Source of the DNA: Verrucomicrobiota bacterium
Lineage (GTDB): Bacteria; Verrucomicrobiota; Verrucomicrobiia; Limisphaerales; UBA9464
NCBI GenBank assembly: GCA_947454005.1
Contig: CANGMH010000003.1
Location: 1 to 40,625, forward strand
Direction of reading: 5' to 3'
Length of the DNA: 40,625 bases
The position numbers were made by a program, and so were the translations under genes. The notes under the pieces were generated by a model, which was not told the DNA's origin, made no database searches, and saw nothing but the letters and a program-made list of their open reading frames with translations. Shown here in pieces: positions 1 through 8,888 of this stretch. Position 1 is the first letter of the stretch, and every line of letters begins with the position of its first letter.

Positions 1-191
1 AACACCACCCCGAACCCGCCTTGGCCGATGCGCTCGACCAGTTCGTAGTCGCCGAAGCGCTTGTCCGCCGGGAGTCCCGCCGCATCGTCCGCGCCGGCCT
101 GTGCCGCGAGCCCGAAAAGGCAGCGGGGGCACAGGCCGTCCGCCGATGCCGGAAGCGCGGCACCGCATTCCGGACAACGAGCGGCGGTCAT
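1..191 (-). CDS. Ser/Thr protein kinase with N-terminal Cys4 zinc ribbon (5' part only; runs off window start)
   Basis: Not in the ORF track. Manual translation from ATG at 191: MTAARCPECGAALPASADGLCPRCLFGLAA...KRFGDYELVERIGQGGFGVV. This gives CPxC...CPxC followed by Hanks kinase subdomain I (GxGGFGxV). Confidence 0.85.
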   Translation of the reverse strand, partial: MTAARCPECGAALPASADGLCPRCLFGLAAQAGADDAAGLPADKRFGDYELVERIGQGGFGVV

Positions 192-454
192 GGTCGACGC
201 GAGTGAACCGGGTTCGGGCCGCCGTGTAACGCCCCGATACCATGGGCGACGGGTCGCCGGTGACGGATGCGCGTCACGAAACCACCGGCACGGCGGCTTC
301 TCCGGTGCTCGCCCGGTCCTATGGCGACCGACCCGACGCTCGCAGCAATGTGCCGGATGACCTGCGGTCCGGCACGCCCGCGTTGTTCCCGGGCCTGCCG
401 CTCGGGCATCGTCGGGCTTCCCGTCCACCGGGCGGCCCGGAAAGCCCGGTGGAC

Positions 455-2245
455 TCAGTGGTACTCTTGGACCGTCTTCACCGCGTAGCCGTGGTCCTGC
501 AGCGCGGCGATGCCCATCGCCGCGGCGCGGGCGCCGGAGATGGTGGTCATGATCGGCGTGCCGGTCATGACGGCGGTGGAGCGGATCTTCACCTCGTCCT
601 CGCGCGGCGCGGCGCCGCTGGGGGTGTTGATGACGAGCTGGATCTCCTTGTTCTTGAGCAGGTCCACCACGTTCGGCCGGCCCTCGAGCACCTTGAGCGT
701 GCGCTGGACCTTCAGGCCGGCCTGTTCGAGCACCGTGGCGGTGCCGTTGGTGGCGACCAGCTCGAAGCCGAGGTCGGCGAACGTCCGGGCGACCGCGGCG
801 ACGTCCTTCTTGTGCGCGTCGGCGACCGAGAGGAACACCTTGCCCTTGAGCGGCAGCGGCGAGTTCGCAGCCATCTGCGCCTTGGCGTAGGCGACGCCGA
901 GGTCGGCATCGAGGCCCATGACCTCGCCGGTGGAGCGCATCTCGGGCGAGAGCACGATGTCCTGGCCGAGGAACTTGTTGAACGGGAACACCGATTCCTT
1001 CACCGCCCAGTACTTCGTCCAGATCTCCTCGGTGAAGCCGAGCTCCTTGAGCGTCTTCCCGGCCATCACCTTCGCGGCCAGCTTGGCCAAGGGCCTGCCG
1101 ATGGCCTTGCTCACGAACGGCACGGTGCGGGAGGCGCGGGGATTGACCTCCAGCACGTAGACGGTGTCGCCCTTGACGGCGTACTGCACGTTCATCAGGC
1201 CGATGACCTTGAGCTCCCGGGCCATGGCGTGGGTGTAGCGGCGGATGGTGTCGATGACCGGGGCCGAAAGCGTGTGCGGCGGCAGCACCATCGCGGCGTC
1301 GCCGGAGTGGACGCCGGCGAACTCGATGTGCTCCAGCATGCCGCCGATGACGATCGTGCCCTCCGACGGGTCCGCGAACTGCCCGACGTCGGTGATGCAA
1401 TCGACGTCCACCTCGGTGGCGTCCTCGAGGAACTTGTCGACCAGCACCGGCCGGTCGGGGCCCGCCTCGACGGCGAACTTCATGTAGTGCGCCAGCTCGG
1501 CATCGGAATAGACGATCTGCATGGCGCGTCCGCCGAGCACGAAGCTGGGGCGGACGAGCACCGGATAGCCGAGCCGCTGGCTGGCCTGGAGCGCCTCCTC
1601 GGCGTTGGTCGCGAGACCGTTCGGCGGCTGCGGGATGCCGAGCTTCGTGAGCATGGCCGCGAACAGCTTGCGGTCCTCGGCGACCTCGATGCTCTGGGGC
1701 GAGGTGCCGATGATGTTGACGCCGTTCTTCTGGAGGCTGAGGGCGAGGTTCAGCGGCGTCTGGCCGCCGAACTGGGCGATGGCGCCCCAGCACTTCTCGC
1801 GCTCGTAGATGTGCAGGACGTCCTCGAGCGTGAGCGGCTCGAAGAACAGCTTGTCGCTGGTGTCGTAGTCGGTCGAGACGGTCTCCGGGTTGGAGTTGAC
1901 CATGATGGTCTCGAAGCCGTCCTCCTTGAGCGCGAAGGCCGCGTGGACGCAGCAGTAATCGAACTCGATGCCCTGGCCGATGCGGTTCGGTCCGCCGCCG
2001 AGGATCATCACCTTCTTGGCCGTGTTGCCCTTCACCTCGTCGTCGCCCCGGTCGTAGGTCGAGTAGTAATAGGGCGTGTAGGCCTCGAACTCCGCGGCGC
2101 AGGTGTCGACCAGGCGGTAGCTGGGCACGAGCCCCAGCTGTTTCCGCTCGGCGCGCACGGCGTCCTCGGTGGTCCCGGTCAGGTGGGCGATCTGCCGGTC
2201 GGAGAACCCGAGCGACTTGGCCTTGGTGAGCAGTTCAACGTTCAT
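455..2245 (-). CDS. carB: Carbamoyl-phosphate synthase large subunit, C-terminal half (end of oligomerisation domain, second ATP-grasp unit, MGS domain)
   Basis: Motifs VDTCAAEF, LGGGPNRIGQGIEFDYCCVH, NSNPETVSTDYD, VRPSFVLGG, HSGD and EVNPRASRT, plus a C-terminal MGS domain. Only 596 aa. Confidence 0.93.
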   Translation of the reverse strand: MNVELLTKAKSLGFSDRQIAHLTGTTEDAVRAERKQLGLVPSYRLVDTCAAEFEAYTPYYYSTYDRGDDEVKGNTAKKVMILGGGPNRIGQGIEFDYCCVHAAFALKEDGFETIMVNSNPETVSTDYDTSDKLFFEPLTLEDVLHIYEREKCWGAIAQFGGQTPLNLALSLQKNGVNIIGTSPQSIEVAEDRKLFAAMLTKLGIPQPPNGLATNAEEALQASQRLGYPVLVRPSFVLGGRAMQIVYSDAELAHYMKFAVEAGPDRPVLVDKFLEDATEVDVDCITDVGQFADPSEGTIVIGGMLEHIEFAGVHSGDAAMVLPPHTLSAPVIDTIRRYTHAMARELKVIGLMNVQYAVKGDTVYVLEVNPRASRTVPFVSKAIGRPLAKLAAKVMAGKTLKELGFTEEIWTKYWAVKESVFPFNKFLGQDIVLSPEMRSTGEVMGLDADLGVAYAKAQMAANSPLPLKGKVFLSVADAHKKDVAAVARTFADLGFELVATNGTATVLEQAGLKVQRTLKVLEGRPNVVDLLKNKEIQLVINTPSGAAPREDEVKIRSTAVMTGTPIMTTISGARAAAMGIAALQDHGYAVKTVQEYH

Positions 2246-2292
2246 CAGCGCAGAAAAATCGGGCGAAGTAAGCCGGGGCCGGGCCGGGGTGT

Positions 2293-2315
2293 CGAGGGGC
2301 GAGTACGGCCCCTCG
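2293..2315. terminator. Stem-loop just downstream of the MMPL gene stop (possible terminator)
   Basis: CGAGGGGC-GAGTACG-GCCCCTCG perfect 8-bp stem; no clear U-tract directly adjacent. Confidence 0.35.
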
Positions 2316-2324
2316 CGGACACCG

Positions 2325-5102
2325 TCAGAGCGCGAGCTTCTTCGCCCGCTTCCGCCGCTCCTGCAACGTCAGCAGCGCGGGCAGGGACGTGAGCCCGGCG
2401 ACCATGCAGGCGGCGGTGCCGGCGGCCATGATGTAGCCGAGGCTGCGGATGCCCCGGTGGTCGGCCACCACGAGGCTGCCGAACCCGGCGATGGTCGTGA
2501 GCGCCGAGACCAGCACCGCCTTGCCCGTGCTCTTGGCCAGGATCCCGGGGTTCTGCTCCTCGGCGAACCGGTTGAGGATGTGGATGCCGTTGGTCACGCC
2601 GATGCCGATGACGAGCGGGAGCATCATGATGTTGGCCGGGTTGAAGGGGATGCCGGCCCAGCCCATGAAGCCCATCACCCAGACCGTCCCTATCGCGACC
2701 GGCAGCAGGGAGAGCACCACGCTGCCGATGCGGCGGAAATGCAGGAACACCAGCACGACGATCGCCGCGAGCGCCCACCAGGCGGCCTCGATGTACGACT
2801 TCTTCAGCAGCTCGGTGTAGAAATAGAGCTGCACCGGCGTCCCCGTCGCCTTGGGCGCCGCCTCCAGCAGCTCCTTGACGAAGACCTCCTGCGGCGCGCG
2901 TTCCCAGACGTCGGCCTTGGGATAGACCTGGATCAGGTGCTTGCCGGTCACGCCGAGGAAGCGGTTGCGCAGCGCCTGGGGCAGGTCCTCCGGGCGCAGG
3001 CCGCCCGAGGCGTCCTGGTTCTGCAAGGTGGCGAAGGTGTCGCGGATGTCGTTGAAGAGCGCCTGCTGGAAGCCCGCGAGCTGGACCGCGTGACGGGCCT
3101 GGCCTTCGGCGCCGCCGCGGAACATCGCCACGCGCAGGCTCCCCAAGGCGTCGATGAGCGAGCGCAGGTCGGCCAGCAGCTGCTTCTCGTCGGTCTTGAC
3201 CACCTCGTCCACGGCGAGCCGCAGATAGCCCTGCACCGCCCAGAGCGTCGCGCTGAGCTCGTTGAGCCCGACCGGCCGGGTGTCCGGCGGCGCGAACCGC
3301 ACCGCCGCGGTCGCCGCGCCGATCTCGCGGATGAGCGCGAGCTTGGCCTCCGGGGATTCCGCGAGGTACCGGGCCATCGAATCGGTCGAGGCGACGGACG
3401 GGAGCTTCTGGATCCTCGCTTCGAGCGCGACGGCCTCGGCGAGGTCGGACGCGACGACGGCGCCGTAGAGCACGGATTTCTCGGCCGAATCGATCAGCTT
3501 GTGCTCGAAGACGACGGCGGGCAGGCCTTCGCTCTGCATGTTCAGCAGGTTGTAGTCGAAGGTCACCCGCGGTATCGCCGCGGCCGCGAGCAGGCACAAG
3601 ACAGCCGTCGCGCCCAGCACCGTCCACGGCCGGTCGAGCCACAGCCGCTCCAAGCGGGCGCGCACGTCCACCCGCTCGCCGCCGGCCTCGAAGCTCTCCA
3701 GCGCCACCTCCTGCAGCTCCGCTTCGCCCGCCTTCTCGTCGATCACGTTCTGCCGGCCCGGGCGCAGCAGCAGCACCGGCAGCAGCGTCATCATCGGGAC
3801 GAGGCAGATCACCATGCCGCCGCCGGTCACGATGCCCATCTCCTGGATGCCCTTGAAATCCGTCAGCGTCATCGCGAAGAACGCTCCGGCCGTGGTGAAG
3901 CAGCCGGTGAAGATGCCCTGCCCCGTGTTCACCATCGCCAGCTCCATCGCCCGGTGTTCGCCGCGGCCGTGGCGCAGCTCCTCCTCGTAGCGCGTGATGA
4001 GATGGACGCCGAAATCGATCGCCAACCCGATGAGCATCGGCACGAAGGTGATCGTGAGGATGTTGAGGTGGCCGACGGTGAGCGTGGTGTAGCCCATCGT
4101 GTAGCCGAGCCCGACGACGAGGCTGAGCACGGCCTTGAGCGGGCGCCCGGTCTGGCTGTAGCCGGCGACGAAGATGATGGCCGTCAACGCCAGCGAGATG
4201 ACCGTGGCGACGGTCGAATCGTTCTGCGATTGCTGCATCTCGTCGTATTCGAGCACCGGCTCGCCGGTGACGCCGACGTTGACGCCGGGCACCTCGGCAC
4301 GCGTCTGCCGGACCAGCTCGCGGAACTTGTCGACCGCATCGGAGTTCAGGTCGCCGTCGCGCGCCTTGGCCGAGACGAGGTAGAACCGGCCCTTGCCGAA
4401 GGTGATGTACTTGTCCCGCTCCGCTTCTTCGCCCGCCCCGAACAACGCGTCGACGCCCGGCGACGGCGGGATGCCCGGGCGGTCCAGGCTCTGTTCCGCG
4501 CGGGCGACGATGCGTCCGAGCGCCGGCAGGGCCTTGAGCAGCGAATCGGTCCGCGCGTCCTTCTCCCGGCTGCTCGTCCGGATCTGCGTGTTCACCCGCT
4601 CGAAGAGCGAGACGAGGTTCGACGCCGACGAGAACTGCTGGAGGAAGGGCTGGTAATCCGCGAGGGCCTTCTTGAGCTCGACGAGGTTCGTCTCGGGCAC
4701 GAACAGCAGCGCCTTGCGGCCCATCAGCTTGAGGTCGCCCTTGTAGAAGACGTCGACGAACAGGTTGGTCGGCGACGTCAGCGTCGACGCGGCCTCCAGA
4801 CGGGCGCCGAGCCGCTCGACGAACTGGCGGTTCTTCTCCGGGTCCTCCGATTCGACGACGGCGACCAGGTCGTCCTGCCCGGGGAACTCCTTCTTCAGCG
4901 CTAGGAAGTTCCGGTGGTAGGTCTTGTCCGATCCGACCAGCGCGTTGCGGTCCATGTCGAACTGCAGCCGCGCGACGGTGAACCAGACGCACACGCCGAA
5001 GAGGACGAACTGCGGCCAGAGGAACCATCGCGGGTGCGCGAAGACCGCCGCCGCCAGCCGGCGCAGCGATCGGAGCATCAACGGGTCTTTCGTTTCGGAC
5101 AT
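2325..5102 (-). CDS. MMPL/RND family transporter, HpnN (hopanoid-associated)-like
   Basis: 925 aa with two repeats of a large loop plus TM bundle. Motifs VTGEPV, LIGLAIDFGVHL, ATGTPV, NPANIMMLPLVIGIG and SALTTIAGFGSL. Confidence 0.85.
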   Translation of the reverse strand: MSETKDPLMLRSLRRLAAAVFAHPRWFLWPQFVLFGVCVWFTVARLQFDMDRNALVGSDKTYHRNFLALKKEFPGQDDLVAVVESEDPEKNRQFVERLGARLEAASTLTSPTNLFVDVFYKGDLKLMGRKALLFVPETNLVELKKALADYQPFLQQFSSASNLVSLFERVNTQIRTSSREKDARTDSLLKALPALGRIVARAEQSLDRPGIPPSPGVDALFGAGEEAERDKYITFGKGRFYLVSAKARDGDLNSDAVDKFRELVRQTRAEVPGVNVGVTGEPVLEYDEMQQSQNDSTVATVISLALTAIIFVAGYSQTGRPLKAVLSLVVGLGYTMGYTTLTVGHLNILTITFVPMLIGLAIDFGVHLITRYEEELRHGRGEHRAMELAMVNTGQGIFTGCFTTAGAFFAMTLTDFKGIQEMGIVTGGGMVICLVPMMTLLPVLLLRPGRQNVIDEKAGEAELQEVALESFEAGGERVDVRARLERLWLDRPWTVLGATAVLCLLAAAAIPRVTFDYNLLNMQSEGLPAVVFEHKLIDSAEKSVLYGAVVASDLAEAVALEARIQKLPSVASTDSMARYLAESPEAKLALIREIGAATAAVRFAPPDTRPVGLNELSATLWAVQGYLRLAVDEVVKTDEKQLLADLRSLIDALGSLRVAMFRGGAEGQARHAVQLAGFQQALFNDIRDTFATLQNQDASGGLRPEDLPQALRNRFLGVTGKHLIQVYPKADVWERAPQEVFVKELLEAAPKATGTPVQLYFYTELLKKSYIEAAWWALAAIVVLVFLHFRRIGSVVLSLLPVAIGTVWVMGFMGWAGIPFNPANIMMLPLVIGIGVTNGIHILNRFAEEQNPGILAKSTGKAVLVSALTTIAGFGSLVVADHRGIRSLGYIMAAGTAACMVAGLTSLPALLTLQERRKRAKKLAL

Positions 5103-5162
5103 CGCGGTCCCGCGACGCTACACCGCGTCCACGGAAACAGAAAGCTCCGCGCGGACCAACGC

Positions 5163-7448
5163 TCAGGCCGGCGTGACGCGGACCGCGCAGTGCTTGTAGC
5201 TCGGTTGCCGCGAATGCGGGTCGAAGCTGGCGAAGGTGAGGCGGTTCACGGCGTCGTAGTGCATCGGGATGAACACCTGTCCCGGCCGCACCGTGGGCGT
5301 GACGAACGCCGTCGCGGTGATCTCGGCGCGACGCGAGCCCACCGTGACCCGGGAATGCGGCGCGATGCGCAGGCGCCGTGCGTCGTCCGGATGGATCTCC
5401 ACGTAGCACGTCTCCGGGTAGAGCTTGCGGAGGACCGCCGATTTGCCGGTGCGCGTGTTGGTGTGCCACTGCGCCGAGGTGCCGCGCCCGGTGAGCAGGA
5501 TGAACGGGAACGCCTCATCGGTCGGTTCCGCCACCGGACGCGGCGGATCGAAGAGGAATTTCGCCCGCCGGTCCGGCGTGAAGAAGAGGCCATCGGCGAA
5601 AAGGCGTCGCTCCCGCCCGGCGTGATCGGCCTTCAGCGGACCGTTTTCATCGGACGTCGCGATGCCACGAAGCCGTCGCGCGCCCGTGGACTGATCACCG
5701 GCCACTGGACACTGATCACTTTCCGCGAAGGGCCACTGGATCCCGCCGGCCTCGTCGAGATGCCGGAAATCGCGGATGCCGGTGATGTCGCACGGCTGGC
5801 CGGCGCTGAGGCGCTTGAGGATCTGGAAGGCCGCCTCGGGCGAGCTCCATTCCCGGAAGCGGTCGCCGCAGCCCCACGCCTCGGCGATGAGCCGGAAGAT
5901 GGCGAAATCGCTCAACGCCTCGCCCGGCGCGCGGAGCACCTTCTTCACCAGACCGAAACGGCGCTCGCTGTTGATGAGCGTCCCCTCCTTCTCGCCCCAA
6001 CCGGCCGCGGGCAGCACCAGATCGGCGAGGCGGGCCGTCTCGGTCGTCGCGTAGAGGTCCTGCACAACGAGGAAATCGAGCTTCTTCACCAGTTCGTTGA
6101 ACCGGTCCTGGTGGATCCACGAGTGCGACGAATTGGTCGCGATGATCCACAGGCCCTTGATCGCGCCGGACCCGATGCCGTCCACGATCTGGTCGTAGGC
6201 CCACGAGTTCTCGGACGGGATGGTCGTGACCGGCACGCCGAGCGCCTGGGCCACGGCCTCGCGGTGCTCCGGCTTGGTGAAGTCGCGTCCGCCGAGCAAC
6301 GACGTGGCGTTGGCGAACAGGCGCGAGCCCATCGCGTTGCACTGGCCGGTGATGCTGTTGGCGCCGGTGCCGGGGCGCCCGATGTTCCCGGTCATCAGCG
6401 CGAGGTCGATGACCGCCTGCGCGGTGCGGGTCGATTCGTGGCCCTGGTTCACGCCCATGGTCCACCAGAAGCTCACCCGTTTGCCCTCGGCGATGAGGGC
6501 GACGCAACGGTCGAAATCCTCGCGCGAAAGGTCGGCCGCCTCGCAGGCGCGTTCCGGCGTGAACCCGGCGACGAATCCGGCGAATTCGGCGAAGCCGCTC
6601 GTGTGCGCGTCCACGAACGCGCGGTCGACCGCGCCGCGGGCGATGAGGGCGTTGGCGATGCCGTAGAGCAGCGTGAGGTCGGATTTCGGCGCGAGCGGCA
6701 GGTGCAGGGAGGCGTTCATCGCCGTCTCGGTGCGGCGCGGGTCGAGCACGATGATCGCGGGCTTGTGCGGGTTCCGCAGCACGCGTTGCCACATGATCGG
6801 ATGCGCGATGCAGGGGTTCGCGCCGATGAAGACGAGGACATCCGACTCCTCGAAGTCCGCGTAGGTGTAGGGCGGCGCGTCGAAGCCGAAGCTCTGCTTG
6901 TAGGCGACGTGCGCGGTGGCCATGCACTGGCGCGTGTTCGAGTCGGCGTGCAGGCCGCCCATGCCGAACTTGAAGAGGGCGCCGACGAACGCCATCTCCT
7001 CGGTGCAGATCTGTCCCGTGCTGAGATAGGCGATGGAACGGGCGCCGTGCCGCGACTGGATGCCCTTCATCCGCGAGACGAACGCGTCCATCGCCCCGGC
7101 CCAGGAGACCGGCCGGAGCTCGCCGGACGCGGGATCGCGCAGCAGCGGCATGGTGGCGCGGTCCGGCGCGGCGAGCGGGGTGAGGGCTTCCCAGCCTTTC
7201 GGGCAGGCCATGCCGAGGTTCACCGGATAGTCCGGATCGGCGGTGAGGTTCACCGCTTGGCCGTCCTTCAGATGGACCTTCAGGCCGCATCCCGTGGAGC
7301 AGAAGCCGCAGACCATGGTCGTCACGCCATCGGGTTTCATCCGCGCGGGCACCTGGCCGAGGCCGAAGTCGCCCGGCGCGCGCACAAGGTCCTCGGTGAG
7401 CGGGCCGGTCCACTGGCGGAGCAACGAATTGGCGGGGGATGCGGACAT
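5163..7448 (-). CDS. Assimilatory-type nitrate reductase catalytic subunit (NasA/NarB-like molybdopterin oxidoreductase)
   Basis: N-terminal 4Fe-4S motif CGFCSTGC...CPKG, Mo ligand motif NTRQCMA, plus [28 protein letters not shown] and the C-terminal LLTGR..QWHT.TRT molybdopterin-binding domain. No Tat signal evident. Confidence 0.9.
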   Translation of the reverse strand: MSASPANSLLRQWTGPLTEDLVRAPGDFGLGQVPARMKPDGVTTMVCGFCSTGCGLKVHLKDGQAVNLTADPDYPVNLGMACPKGWEALTPLAAPDRATMPLLRDPASGELRPVSWAGAMDAFVSRMKGIQSRHGARSIAYLSTGQICTEEMAFVGALFKFGMGGLHADSNTRQCMATAHVAYKQSFGFDAPPYTYADFEESDVLVFIGANPCIAHPIMWQRVLRNPHKPAIIVLDPRRTETAMNASLHLPLAPKSDLTLLYGIANALIARGAVDRAFVDAHTSGFAEFAGFVAGFTPERACEAADLSREDFDRCVALIAEGKRVSFWWTMGVNQGHESTRTAQAVIDLALMTGNIGRPGTGANSITGQCNAMGSRLFANATSLLGGRDFTKPEHREAVAQALGVPVTTIPSENSWAYDQIVDGIGSGAIKGLWIIATNSSHSWIHQDRFNELVKKLDFLVVQDLYATTETARLADLVLPAAGWGEKEGTLINSERRFGLVKKVLRAPGEALSDFAIFRLIAEAWGCGDRFREWSSPEAAFQILKRLSAGQPCDITGIRDFRHLDEAGGIQWPFAESDQCPVAGDQSTGARRLRGIATSDENGPLKADHAGRERRLFADGLFFTPDRRAKFLFDPPRPVAEPTDEAFPFILLTGRGTSAQWHTNTRTGKSAVLRKLYPETCYVEIHPDDARRLRIAPHSRVTVGSRRAEITATAFVTPTVRPGQVFIPMHYDAVNRLTFASFDPHSRQPSYKHCAVRVTPA
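5692..5719. repeat. Degenerate heptamer tandem repeat (4 units) inside the nitrate reductase CDS
   Basis: TGATCAC CGGCCAC TGGACAC TGATCAC. Confidence 0.6.
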
Positions 7449-7498
7449 GCAGGATGGCGTTCGGCGGCGTTGCGGCGTTCGGGCGGCTTGGGTCGGAA

Positions 7499-7526
7499 GC
7501 CTCGGGCCTCAGGTCTAAGGCATCGA
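7499..7526. repeat. Degenerate heptamer tandem repeat (4 units), intergenic
   Basis: GCCTCGG GCCTCAG GTCTAAG GCATCGA; related to the GTCTCGG unit at 27196. Confidence 0.45.
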
Positions 7527-7652
7527 GGGGTGCGGTTTGAAGGCCAAACGCACCGGGCCTCCGATACCGACGCGATCACCGGACCGGTGCCGGGCGGGAT
7601 CGGGAGAGACGACAGTACGACGCTCTCGAGCGTCGCAGTCCAAGAGGGGAAG

Positions 7653-7729
7653 TGGTCGGGACGACAGGATTTGAACCTGCGACATCTTGGTCCCAAACCA
7701 AGCGCTCTACCGGGCTGAGCCACGTCCCG
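7653..7729 (-). tRNA. tRNA-Pro (anticodon TGG)
   Basis: Reverse complement CGGGACGTGGCTCAGCCCGGTAGAGCGCTTGGTTTGGGACCAAGATGTCGCAGGTTCAAATCCTGTCGTCCCGACCA folds as a cloverleaf. Anticodon arm CTTGG-TT-TGG-GA-CCAAG, T-loop GTTCAAAT, encoded CCA. Confidence 0.97.
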
Positions 7730-7850
7730 AACCGCCCGCACCCTCCACTGGCCGGCCTCGCGGAGCAAGCCTCTTGTCAGGTGCCTTCGCAGGCGGTCCG
7801 CGACGTTTGGCCGTCCGTCATCGGGGCCTGCGCGGTCGCGCGGGGATCCG

Positions 7851-8684
7851 CTACGGCTTGGCGATGCCCTCGGCGAGGCGGCGCACGACGACACCCGCGG
7901 CGACGAAGCCGAACGTCCCGGTCACGAACGTCGCCGAGCCGTAGCCCCGGTCACAGTTCAGGCGGCGCGATTCTCCCGGCGCGGACGCCACTTCGGCCGC
8001 GGCGCACACCGAACCGTCCTCCTGCGGGAACACCGGCGGCTCGGACGACCACACGCAGTCCACCCCGAACTTCTTCTCGCCCCTTGGGAACCCGTGCGCT
8101 TGGCGGAGCCGCTTCCGGACCTCGCTGAGCAGCCGGTCGTGCGTCGCCCGCGACAGGTCGACGACGCGCACCTGGGTCGCGTCCCGCCGGCCGCCCGCGC
8201 CGCCGCAGGACACGATGGGGATCCCTTTCTCGCGGCAGAGCGCGATGAGGCGGCACTTGTTCTGGACGCTATCGATGGCGTCGACCACGAAGTCCGGACC
8301 GGTCTTGCCCGCGGCCCCGGGTTCCATGCCCGGGACCGGGGAACGGAGCAGACGTCCCGCGCTCTCCTCGGTGAAGAACTCCAGCAACGGCGCGACGCGG
8401 CAACCGGGATGGATGCCGCGGACCCGTTCCGCGAGCACCTCGGCCTTCGCGCGCCCCAAGGTGGAATCGAGCGCGGGAAGCTGGCGGTTCACGTTGCTGA
8501 CGCAGATCTCGTCGAGGTCCACCAACGTGAGCGCGCCGACCCCGCTGCGGGCCAGGGCCTCGACCGTCCACGATCCCACCCCGCCGAGCCCGACCACGAG
8601 CACGTGCGCGGCACCGAGCCGCTCGAGCCCTGCCTTGCCGTAGAGCCGCGCGATGCCGCCGAACCGGAAACTGTGGTCGCTCAT
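7851..8684 (-). CDS. tcdA: tRNA threonylcarbamoyladenosine dehydratase (TcdA/CsdL, ThiF family)
   Basis: RFGGIARLYG, VVGLGGVGSW.VEALARSG, SNVNRQ, VVDAID, GGAGG, CVWSSE and GYGS..FVTGTFG. Confidence 0.9.
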   Translation of the reverse strand: MSDHSFRFGGIARLYGKAGLERLGAAHVLVVGLGGVGSWTVEALARSGVGALTLVDLDEICVSNVNRQLPALDSTLGRAKAEVLAERVRGIHPGCRVAPLLEFFTEESAGRLLRSPVPGMEPGAAGKTGPDFVVDAIDSVQNKCRLIALCREKGIPIVSCGGAGGRRDATQVRVVDLSRATHDRLLSEVRKRLRQAHGFPRGEKKFGVDCVWSSEPPVFPQEDGSVCAAAEVASAPGESRRLNCDRGYGSATFVTGTFGFVAAGVVVRRLAEGIAKP

Positions 8685-8786
8685 CTGCCGCGAGCGTAGC
8701 CGTCGCCCCGCCGCGTGTCAGCCGGCGCGCACCGGAAGCGGTCCGCGGAGCGGTTTGCGGGCGCCCGCATTGTCCCAACGCGGCGC

Positions 8787-8816
8787 TTGACCCGTTTCCC
8801 GGCGGTTTCCTACTTT
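8787..8816 (+). promoter_or_regulatory. Sigma70-type promoter for tig
   Basis: TTGACC-N18-TACTTT, ending ~70 nt upstream of the tig GTG start. Confidence 0.6.
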
Positions 8817-8888
8817 CCGCACTCTTTGCCGGGACGCCGACTCGCGTCGCCCCGGTGCGTCCGAACGTCAGCCAAAAAGGAAATCATC

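Noticed and set aside
242-7718. Very long plus-strand ORFs (242-2392, 2169-4904, 4914-7718)
   Set aside because: Antisense shadows of carB, the MMPL gene and the nitrate reductase. Stop codons are scarce in GC-rich DNA and these ORFs show no recognisable motifs.
7449-7729. Genomic island integrated at tRNA-Pro
   Set aside because: No integrase, no duplicated tRNA 3' end noticed, and downstream genes have host-like composition.
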